Source: Antedon mediterranea
Taxonomy: Eukaryota; Animalia; Echinodermata
Assembly (NCBI RefSeq): GCF_964355755.1
Contig: NC_092673.1
Coordinates: 17,481,648-17,545,647, forward strand
Reading direction: 5' to 3'
Length of the DNA stretch: 64,000 nucleotides
A program made the translations under genes and the position numbers. The notes under the pieces are model-generated. The model did no database searches and was not told the origin of the DNA. It saw nothing but the letters and a program-made list of their open reading frames with translations. How positions within the stretch are numbered: the first letter of the stretch is position 1; every line of letters starts with the position of its first letter. Positions 38,491-49,987 of this stretch are shown here, piece by piece.

Positions 38491-41400
38491 ACCCTGGAGC
38501 TAGGCAGCAAGGATACAATAGGTATCGCGGAAGGGGAGGCAAATTCCATAACTATGGTAGAAATTTCCAACAGAGAGAACCTTCAAATGAATGGATTAAT
38601 GGCCTATGCTTCAATTGTAAGGAGAAGGGACATAAAATAGGGGATTGTCCTAAGATGGTAGCAAAAGGAAAGACTAGTGACACTAAGAAGGGCCCGAATG
38701 TGAAAGATGGCTTAAGATGTGAAGAAATAAAATCAGATAGACCCCAAGTAGTTATGGATAGTGTAGAAAATAAAATGGAGAAGTGTATAATACCAGGAAA
38801 ATTAGAAGGACAGGATATAACTATGCTTAGAGATTCGGGATGTACCCAGTCAGCTGTTAAGGAAAGTCTAGTGCCTAACAAATGTTACTTGCCAGGAAAA
38901 TGGGTTACGTTAAGAGGTATAGGAGGCGATATTACCGTCCCCTTAGCTGAGGTAGCTATAGAAAGTAAGATAGTGACAGGAAAAGTAATTGTAGCCGTAA
39001 TCGAAGGATTACAGAGGGACATGTTATTGGGTCATGATTTGGACCAGAATTGTGGGGAAACAATGGCTAAAGAAATGTTCGTCCTAACTAGGGAGCAAGC
39101 CAGAATAGAAAATGATGTTAGAATACAAGACGAAATGATATTGTTAGGGAAAGATAGTAACTTTAAGCCGATAGAAGAGCCGCCTAAAGAAACTAATGTA
39201 CAATTGTTGAAAACAGTAGTAAATGACAACAAAGTAAATAAAACTAAGTGTTTAGATGATATGAATGGAACAGAAATGAATAATTTGTTTGACGAAAATG
39301 AGGATAAAGCTAAAGATAAAACAGTCAAACATAAAACTTATGAACAACAGCACAAGCTGAACCTAACTAAACAAGAACTGATCAAATTGCAAACTAAGGA
39401 TGACTCACTCAAAGGAGTGTTTGACAGGGTAGTCCCTATAGAAGAAATAGGTCAGCATAGGGTATGTTTCTTTATGAGACAAGGTATATTGATGAGAAAT
39501 TGGAGTAGTATTAAAGATAAGAATAACCAAGTGGAACAGATTGTATTACCCACTCAGTGTAGACAGGGTGTATTACACTTAGGTCATAATGTGCCATTTG
39601 CAGGTCACATGGGTGTTGAGAAAACTAAAAGTAGGATCCTGAACCAATTCTATTGGCCAGGTATATTTAAAGATGTGGTAGTCTATTGTAAAGTCTGTAA
39701 GGAATGCCAAAAGGTAGATAAGGGTAAAAGTAAAAGGAAACATACTTTGATACCATTACCGATTATAAGTACACCATTTAAACGTATAGCGATAGATATT
39801 GTTGGACCCTTATCTAGAACAAGCAGTAATAACAAATATATGCTTACTATAATTGACTATGCTACGAGATATCCGGATGCTATCCCGTTACCCAATGTTA
39901 GAGCTGAAACAGTAGCCAGGGCTCTAATAGAAGTCTTTACTAGAGTAGGATTACCCGAAGAGATTGTACATGATCAAGGAACTAATTTCATGTCTTCAAT
40001 TATGCAATCTATATGTAGTATGTTGGGGATTATTCAATTAAAGACTACAGTGTACCACCCCCAAAGCAATGGGCTTGTTGAAAGATTTCACGGTACATTG
40101 AAAAATATGATAAGGACACTTACAGTTAAGCAAAGAAAAAATTGGGATAACTACATACCCCCCTTTCTGTTTGCATACAGAGAAGTTCCTAGTAAAGCGA
40201 CGGGCCATTCACCTTTTAAATTGCTTTATGGTAGAGAGGTGAGGGGACCTTTGAGTTTACTCAAAAGTAATTGGGTAGAAGATGAAGAAACATCTACTGA
40301 TGTTATCAAATACATGTTAGACATAAGAGAAAAAATGGAGGAATTAATGAAAGATGCTAATGTAAACAAACTTGAACAACAAGAAATTATGTCCCACAAT
40401 TATAACAAGAATGCTATTGATAGAGAATTTGTAGAAGGGGACAAAGTGTTGATATTCATTCCAGTAGGAAATAGTAAGTTAGACAGTAAATGGCAAGGCC
40501 CCTTCACTGTTACAAAAAAGGTCAATGATGTAAATTATGAAATATACATAGGAGGTAGAAGAAAAGAAAAACAAATTCTACATGTTAATATGTTAAAGAG
40601 ATGGTATGATAAAGTAGAAATAAGTAAAGATGGTTATTATGTAGTAACAAATGTTCAGTCGATAGAAGAAGTAGACTTAAATGAAACAGTCCATGACAAT
40701 GAGTTAGATAGTGAAATAGACATAGGATTGTCTTATCATCAATCACAAACATGGAGAGATGTTAACGTTAGTAGTAATTTAAATGATACACAAACTAAAC
40801 AATTAACAGAATTGTTAAAGTACCAACAGAATGTATTCTCGGATGTACCAGGTAGAACTCACTTAGTGACACATGAAATTAAGACTAATGGTGAAATGCC
40901 TATAAGGCATAGGGCATATAGAACGCCCCAAGCATTAAAGGGTAAATTGAAAGAAGAATTAGATAGTATGTTGGCTATGGGTATAATAGAACCTACAGTT
41001 AGTGCCTATGCTGCACCTATTATTGCCCTGAAGAAAGGCCAGAATCAAATTAGAATGGTGACAGATTTTAGATCACTAAATAAGACTACACAATTTGACC
41101 CTTATGTTATGCCTCGCATAGACGAAATGTTGGATGAGGTATCATCCGCAATATACATAACTACGTTAGATCTAACTAAAGGATTTTACCAGGTGCCTCT
41201 GGATCCTAAGACCAAAGACAAATCAGCATTTATTACACAATTTGGACAGTATTGTTACAATGTACTTCCATTTGGTATGCAAAATAGCTCTAGTACTTTC
41301 CAAAGATTAATGGATAAAGTATTACAAGGTACTGAGGGATATGCTAAGGCATATATAGATGACATATGTATTTATAGTCAAACTTGGAAAGATCATATTT

Positions 41401-42155
41401 TTCATTTGAATGATGTATTAGAAAGATTAAGTAGTGCTGGATTGACAGCAAAGCCTTTGAAATGTAAAATTGCCTATGCACAGGTAGAATTTCTGGGGCA
41501 TAAGATTGGTAATGGAGAAATTAGACCCATGATTGATAAGGTTGAGGCTGTGGAAAAGTTCCCCAGACCTTTGTCTAAGAAACAAGTCCGATCATTTCTC
41601 GGATTAACTGGCTATTACAGAAAATTTGTACAGAACTATGCCGATATTGCTAAACCATTGATTGATTTAACTTTAAAGAGTAAAAGTAATACCGTTAAGT
41701 GGAATGAACAATGTGAAAATGCCTTTGTATCTTTAAAGAAACGACTTACTGATGATAATGTATTAAAAGCCCCAAATTTTGATAAGATGTTTATATTGCA
41801 AACCGATGCCTCAAATTATGGCATAGGTGCAGTGCTGAGCCAAATAGATGGTGAGGGTAATGATTATCCCATTGTGTACTTAAGTAGAAAGTTATCTGTA
41901 CATGAGCAGAGATATTCTGTGCCAGAAAAAGAGTGCCTCTCTATTGTTTGGGCTATCAATAAACTTAAGTATTATCTGTATGGTTGTGAATTTCAAGTTC
42001 ATACTGACCACCAGGCATTGAGATGGATGGACTCAATGAAGGGTGCCAATGTTAGACTTATGAGATGGGCTCTGTTTTTACAAGGATATAAATTTAAAGT
42101 TATTTACAAGAAAGGATCATTAAATGAAAATGCAGATGGACTAAGCCGTGCATAA
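38491..42155 (+). CDS. Gag C-terminus and Pol with domain order zinc knuckle-protease-integrase-RT-RNase H
   Basis: CFNCKEKGHKIGDC; LRDSG; HHCC plus DIVGP/DQGTNF/VERF integrase; LDLTKGFYQ, PFGM, YIDD; TDAS...EKECL...TDH...NADGLSR. Confidence 0.95.
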
Positions 42156-42916
42156 ATAAAATGATAGAGGTGTTATTAGTAGATAGTTTAAAGTAAAATG
42201 GTTTTAAATGTTAAATTTTTGGAAAGATTGACACAATCTTTTTCCCAAAAAGGGGAATGTCATATTAAATGTTGTGATTCTCTGTGTTTAGAGAAGGATG
42301 CTTTAGACCAGGTCCGCCTTATTATTAGCCAATCAAAATCGTATAATTTTTGGAGGGAAAATGTTATCCTCCTCTGAAGCCTAAAATTTGCATGTCCAGT
42401 ATAAAAGTGGAATGTAATAGATATTAGAGAAGAAGAGAGAATAAGATCAGAGTAGATAAACGGAAAGATGATAAAGAGAATATTAAGGCTTGACTGGTAG
42501 TGGTAGAAAGATGTATTAATCGAATTTCAAGGAATAAATGTTCTAGTTGAGTTAAATATACTTTTTGTATGAGTTATCATTCAGTGACAGCTGTGTACGT
42601 CGCGTGGAAATATATACGCCTGAGAAAGCTCGGAACCAACTAAAATAAATTCACTACAGTGAATTATTGAAAGAGCGTAAAGTTGACAATGAAAAGAATT
42701 TTGAGTTCCTTGTAGCACTGATGATTCAATTAGGTTTCATTTGTGAGAGGAAGACAACCAGCAGCCAAGATAGGGCAAGTATATTTACAGTAGGTTTTGT
42801 CCAGTTATCTTTTCTAACAAGTTTTGTTCATGCATGCAAGCTTATTTGGCTAAGCTAAAATTTTATATAAAATTTCAAATTATTTGTAGGGTTATGACAT
42901 ATTTTGATTAAACTTC

Positions 42917-45900
42917 TAGTCCAGTCAATCTAGCAAATATAAGGGGGTGACCCACCACTAATTGCAAAAGAATTTATTTCACTGCAGTGCATTTCAGCAT
43001 GGCTCCCTAATCAACATACTAAAAGTCCCCAAAAATCTAAGCACGGGAAATTTGCTAATTTGCATAATATGCAAATTAGCTTCCGCCATTAGAAAAAAAT
43101 CAAAATATTGCCATAACTTTGGATTGGACTGTCCAATTGAAACAAATTAAGTGTTCAAAGGTATGTTGTCATGGTCAGTGAACAAGATAAACATACTTTT
43201 AAATTAATTATTTGATTCTAATTTGCATAATATGCAAATTAGTTATTGAAATTGTGTAAAACAGATCAGAATTATGCTAAAACTTTAGTTTGGATGGTCT
43301 GATTTAAACAATTAAATGTTCAGAAGTATTAATGACCAATTACCATGATAGCCATACTTTTATTTCAATTCAGTATAATGCATATAATTTACATAATATG
43401 CAAATTAGCTCATAAATAGAAGTACCTTTATTCTGGGTATAAACATTAGACTGGAAGCACCTAACTAAATAAGCAAGTACCGGTAAGGTTTTGGCAGAAA
43501 ATATAAATGAACTAGAAGTCATATATCAGAAAGTCAGCAAAAGTATTCATAATATATAAACAAGACAGTCATACCCTTAATCAAATTACAGTTTATGAAT
43601 ATTTACAAAATATGCAAATTACCAATAGACTGGATACACAAATACACAACAAACAAGTGGGGTTTTCCTGAATACATGAACCATATAAAAAAGTCATCAC
43701 ATCTATGTGTGAATATTGTACATCATGAATTTCAGGTTTTACCATACACTGCATCCAGATTGTTAGGAATCAGTTATATAAATCATTTTGGAACATTTCA
43801 TAGAATGATGGGACTCATTGCCACTTTTACACCAGAAAAATGTCTACATAAACCTGTACCTAGAATGTCAGTTACAACATCATCAAAGTAGGCAGGATTA
43901 ACATCAACACTTTCAAATCCCAGCACACAGGACTTCAATCAATGGAAGTGTATGATTCAACGTATCATGTTGATCTTCTGTGGGACGTGGTATTTGCTCT
44001 TCGCCCCAAAATGCCTGGGTGGTCAGGTCTAATGCAGGCCGTAAATCATGGTAATTATCCTGGAAAATCATTGATGCGATTCCTGCTCATGATAGATTTA
44101 AATCCATCTGACATGTCATGTATCTTCTCCACACTCTCGTATGTTTGTGAACAAGCTAAGGCATACAATGTCACACTCGTTATTACATTTGATCAACCAC
44201 TTTGGTGGAAAGCCATGATGATCATCGAATCAGAGCCAGATTGCAGTTATCTGAAGTCTATTGTCCTGAGACTAGAGGGCTTACATATGGAAATGAGCTT
44301 CTTGGGCTGCATTGGTTATATTATGGCAGGAAGTGGTCTACAAGTGATCCTTGAAGTAGCATATGCAGGAAATGCCGTCAAGCATATGCTGAGTGGAAAA
44401 GCAATCTCCAGAGCAGTCCGAGGACATCTCTTGGTTGATGCTGCCTTACATACCATATTACTAGCTAATGCATATAATCTTCCTATATCCCCTTTTCAAC
44501 CTGATCAACTACAACACAATCGAGACACGGAAACAACCTGTGAGAACGATCAAACAACAGAACATTCAGAAGAAATGGAAATAGAAGTTGATGCTGACAT
44601 TATTCCAAACACACGGCCAGATCAAGATTTGCTCGAAGCCAGTAAGATTTTGGATAATCTAATAAATGATCCCGACGCTCATATTGACCTTTCCTCTTCA
44701 GATGTCCTTACAAGAATTACTCATAGATTGAAAGACGAGCGGAACTTACTTAGTGATAAAAGGACTGCCCAACTCTGGTTGCAATATTTGGACATGGTTG
44801 CTGTTTTTAAAAAATTCATAAAAGCTGAACGTGGGAATTGGACTTTACATCTTTCAGCAGTAAAGGATATGTTACCTTTTTCTGCTGCGGCTGGGCATAA
44901 CCTGTACACAAAATCTGCGTATCTGTACTTGCAAAAAATGTACCAACTCGAAAAGACTCACCCCAATGTCTACACCAACTTCATAAATGGTTTTCATGTG
45001 ATTAGAAGAAGTGATCGGTACTGGGCAGGACTATCTACCGATCTTATTATTGAGCAAGTCCTAATGAGAAGTGTCAAAACAAGTGGTGGGTTAACGAGAG
45101 GTAGAGGCATGACAGAAGTTCATCGGTTGACCTGGGTACTGGGAATGCCTTCTTGTGCCGAGGTAAACTTTGCAATGCAAGAGCTCACCAGTGTTAACTA
45201 CAACACTAGGGAGCAACACAAAGACACATCACAATCTCGTCAAAAAAGAGACACAGAAGATACTTAAAACTAATCGAAGCATTCAAGGAGTGGGATCCAT
45301 TTGGTAGTGAGTCATCACTGCGTAGCATAGTAAGTGGTGTTGCTGCTACTGACAATGTAAATGTTGACCAGGCAAGGTATGTGGGCCAGCGTATACTTGA
45401 ATCGATGGTTGGAAAGAACATTGATGAGTTCTCTTTCCAAAGAAAAAAAACAAGCAGTCACACTTGGATCCAAAACAGCTGTTGTCATTTGCGGAGATCC
45501 AGTCCAAGTTGATCCACAATTACTCTTTCAGCGATTAAGTGTTATCGCAACACGTGAAGAGGTGGGAGATCCCGCAAATTTATTTAAATATGAATTTTGC
45601 AGTCATCCAACTGCATTATTCGATAATGTTGGGCTTCCAAGGGAGGCAAATAAGGCGACACTAGCCGATGCCCTTTGGGAGATTGTAAAGCAGGATCAGA
45701 CAGACTCCCCCCCCCCCCCCCTTAATGATCCACATTATGTGCTTGATTGTGGTGCCCTCTTGCAACGTTTATCATGGTCAAGAGGTCAAACATTTGACAC
45801 TATTTGTCATAAATATGTATCATATGTGACAAGTCGGTATGGAATTCCAACTATTGTATTTGATGGTTATGAAGATGGACCTGCAATCAAAGATGCTACA

Positions 45901-47529
45901 CACTGCAGACGTACAGGCAGTTCCAAGGGACCAAATTTTTTGTTTACAGGAGAGACTTTGCTAATTAAGAAGAAAAATGAATTTCTGACCAACAAAGTAA
46001 ACAAGCAACGATTTCTTCATTTGCTGAGTTTACATCTTGAAAAGGCAGGTTATACAACAATTCATGCCAAAGGAGATGCAGATATCCTAATTGTCAAGAC
46101 AGCAGTTGAGTCAGCAAGGAAGTTCTTGTTGGTGACGATCTGATTTGCTAATCCTGCTTTGCTATTATGGAGATACAATTGAGAAGGACCTCTTTTATAC
46201 CAGAAATAAAGACCAACACCAAAAAGCACAAGGTATGGAACATACAGAAAACAGTGATGATCTTGGGGAATAAATTATGTTCCAGACTTTTCTTTGTGCA
46301 TGCTTTACTTGGATGCGACACAACGTCGAGAGTATTTGGTATAGATCGGAAATGTAGCACTGAAGCAAGTCCAGAACAGTGTTGATTTCCAGCAATTTTC
46401 TGACCTGGTTACTAAAGAGGGTGCGACAAAGAAAGATATAATTGCAGCAGGAGAAGACTCTCTGATTCATCTCTATAAGGGCAAGTATGGTGAAAGTATA
46501 TACGTTCTACGGTACAAGCGATTCTGTGAGAAGGTGGCAAAGAGTAGCACATGTGTTGAACCACAGACATTGCCTTTGTAATCTGCAGCTACACAATACC
46601 ATAGTCTGCGAGTATTTTTTCAGATACAAACATGGAAAGAAACTGCTGCACAAATGAAAGCAGAAGAATTGAGATGGAAGGTAACTAATGGACAACTGCT
46701 GCCACACACATCTCCCGGCTGCACCTGAAAAGTTGATCAAGATAAATCAGATGTAACTGCAAAACTGGTTGCAGTACTAGCAGATGCACTTGTAAACTAT
46801 ATTCAATTAGTTGTACATGGATATGTGGGGTGTGCAAAGGTTCCAGTTGCACAAACTCTTCTTCAGTAGATATAGATGATCTCAGTGATTGATATGCTTT
46901 ACAACATTTGAAATTCCAGAATCATAAAGTGCTTTATTTATTCCCGATTATTTTTAAACAGGTAAAATCAAGAACAATATTACAGTTTAGATGATCCGAA
47001 TTTGCCTAAATTATATGCAAATTTGATTTAAATTTTAAAATCAAGGTGGTTCTTTAGACATTGTTTTATTGAATCCAAATTTAAGATCCTCGTTGCGTGA
47101 TTACTGTATGAAGGAGCTAATTACAAATTATACATAATCCTATTAATGTTATTAATATGCATATTTTCATTTCGAAAATTCACTATTAAAACAAAAATAC
47201 GACATTTGGAATGTTAATTTTGAATAATATGCAAATTTATTCTAATTTATTCCTAACGCGTGTTTAATCTTTCTATTGACCATGAAAATGTGAGTTTTAC
47301 TGCTTAGTTTGATTGAATTGCAGCATTTTATGCACATTTATAAAGAAAATAGATTAATTCATCATGAAAAAAGGCTAATTTGCATATTATGCAAATTAGA
47401 CAAATTTCCCATGTTGGGATTTTGGGGGACTTTTAGTATAGTGTTTAGGGGACCATACTAAAATGTATTGTAGTAAAAAAAATTCTTTTGCAATTAGTGG
47501 TGGGTGAAGGTACTATTTTGACTGGACTA
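42917..47529 (+). mobile_element. Academ DNA transposon (decayed autonomous-type copy, 4.6 kb)
   Basis: TIR TAGTCCAGTCAA / TTGACTGGACTA plus long subterminal inverted similarity; 3-bp TSD TTC; empty site AACTTCTGAAAA at ~28160. Confidence 0.9.
43700..46890 (+). pseudogene. Academ transposase (frameshifted/stopped): DDE-like core, XPG-like domain and C-terminal Cys-rich domain
   Basis: PGWSG, ITFDQPLWWKA, LRLEGLH..SFLG, FIKAERGNW..HL, AAGHNLY, STDLIIEQ, IVFDGY, HAKGDADILIV, HALLGCDTTS, CNCKTGCSTSRCTC. Confidence 0.85.
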
Positions 47530-49987
47530 TTCTGAAAATGTACAGGAAATGGTATTTAGTTTTCTTATTAAAAGAAATCTAAATGGCATTTTTACAAATC
47601 AACAATTTCAGGGATCTGTTGGAAAGCGATCATTCTTTGTGCCACTACGCCTTGCTTTCAAGACATCAATTGAAGTGAAACCAGTGCCTGATAGATTGCA
47701 AGATATCAGTATCTATTACGACTTTAAGGGATATCTGCCAGATGTATTGTTTCCATACATGATTATTGATTTCATCAACAAATTTCAAAAGAAAGGTGTT
47801 GACCCAATACTGTCATATAATCATGCTGAACTTTACTTCGACCAAGATCATTTTGTGACTTTATCTCTTGTCAATGTTGTCACTAATGAAGATGAGCGAA
47901 AGTTCTTGTTAAAGGTACTGTGTTGTACAATCTCTTGTGAATTTTCAATAAATATTTAAACCAACTTATTTTGAATCGATAGAAGTTGATTAGTCAAACA
48001 CAAAACAATGCTGAAACCTTCTGCAAATTATCATTTAGTTTGTAACACTTATTACAATCGCCTGTATTATCCTAATCTTTCTTTTACTTATTTTTGTTGT
48101 TAAATATTAAGTCAGAATTTACTCTACATGTGCATAATAATTCAAATGCAGATATAAAAATATCAACTACTGTACTTTCTTTTTTTCCAGGTGACTATTA
48201 AAAGAATAAATGCTTTTAATGAAACTAATGAGGAACCTTCATCTGAAGCATGTAGAGAGGTATGTTATCATATTATTTGATAAACCATGAGCACTATCTA
48301 AGATTGTTTATAGATAATAATTTTTACTAAATATTTATAATTAAAGTTTTACAATTTTTTTGGGGCAGTGTAATCAAAATAGTGGTTAACAATTATTTTC
48401 ATTATCAGTCAATTTCAATGTATTTGACCTTATAATTCTGTAAATTTGCAATTTCAATAATAGAAAAACACATGATGCTTAGATGGCACAAGTCTCCCCA
48501 ACATTTCCAACTATCAAAGAAAATATCAAAAAGATATCTTTTCACACATAAAATCGAAGATATTAAAACCATCTTAACTTTTTTTTAAAACTATAATATT
48601 GTAAATGTGAGTGAATAAATGTGTGCAGCGGATTCAAAAGGTAATCAAGTTTTTGTTATTGATTGTGTCTTAATTTGGTATTTGTAGTTGGATTTATTTA
48701 TGTGATTGGAAAACAATATTCAATGTATATTTTTAGGTTTTGTTAACAATCCAGAAGTCATTTGAACCTTCTCAAGATGGTGGTAGAAGAGGGATTAAAT
48801 TTGAGAGATGCATACTTTGTGGTGTATGTAGTGATACATCAGAAAAGAAGCACATTCAAAATCTTGAAAATTTCCAGGACGAGAAGTTGCCATGCACCAA
48901 AACTGGCAAGTCTGTTACAATGGATGTTAAGCGTTACAAGCGGCTATTTGGAGGTAAAAAACATAAACATAAGGATACAAAGTATATCTTTTTAAAGACT
49001 AACACTATTTTGTTTATATTTAAATGAATTCTATGAATAGGATTGGTACAGTATTATAGTTTATTACTATTTATCTTAAATCCTGTTGAACCAAACTTTT
49101 AGAACATAATATTGTGGCTACTGTAAATAACTATAAAAACAGTACTATGGGTAGATTTAGACTTCCAAGGAGTGAGTGGCTTATATTGATTAATTATCTT
49201 CTGTACAGTACCATGTTGACTGTATGATAAAAGTCTCGTGGTTAGTGTTCAATTTTACTTTTTCACAGACGTCCAAGATGATAGAGAGTTACTGCAATCT
49301 GTCAATATTCTTAAATAAAAGGCTTGACCTATAATCTGATTGGCAAACACTAGACTTTATTGTTTTCATAATCTAGCAATCATTATTATTCAGATTTAAA
49401 AAATTAACAATTCAGTTATCATATTAAAATAATATATTGTTATCAACTAAAAAAATAGCCACTGATCCCATAGTTTTACAACTCGTTTTGCAATGCAGAT
49501 CTGTTTATTTCTTGAAATGTTGTGTAGAATATCGGTTATATTTTGTTTTAAAAACCTAGTACTTTTGGATTATTGTACCTTACTTTCTTCCACCTTCTTA
49601 GACTGTACACAAGGCCGTGATTATGAAAATGAAATTATTTGTACCATTCCACGAATATAAAACATTCATTATTGGTTTTATATAACATCTAAGTAGACAT
49701 GCATTTCATCTTAATAGGAGTGTCCACTGAGTAGGGGTTGGCCGTAGTGGTAAAACATATATTGCCTCTGTTGTGCAGGAAAGTGTCTGCTTACCAAAAG
49801 AGGGGCTCTGCTGTATTATACATTAAATGAATTCTTGCTGGATTAATTGCCATTTGAAGTCATTGCATTAATTGATTTAAACAAATTTTAATTTATAGAT
49901 AATTATTTATCACAAAAGAAAACAGTTATTGATTTTTTATTTCTTAGCCTTATATGGTTTTTATATAATAAAATTATATTTTATCAG

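Larger units (their letters stand above)
35437..42658 (+). mobile_element. Full-length Gmr1-like Ty3/Gypsy LTR retrotransposon
   Basis: ~297-bp LTRs 35437-35732 (first T lost) and 42362-42658 (TG...CA), with about one difference seen by eye; PBS TGGTGGCAGCGGTG at 35733 complementary to the tRNA-Leu 3' end; PPT GGAGGGAAAA before the 3' LTR. Confidence 0.95.
31933..48953 (+). pseudogene. Roc-COR module 2: chimeric duplicate, internally deleted
   Basis: Intact exons 31933-32098 (VIGPEGVGKTCL), 32330-32415, 32739-32791, 32925-32949; partial exon 42659-42788; intact 47612-47914, 48191-48259, 48737-48953. The equivalent of ~25501-27908 (G3, G4, start of COR) is missing and replaced by LTR elements. 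Confidence 0.85.
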
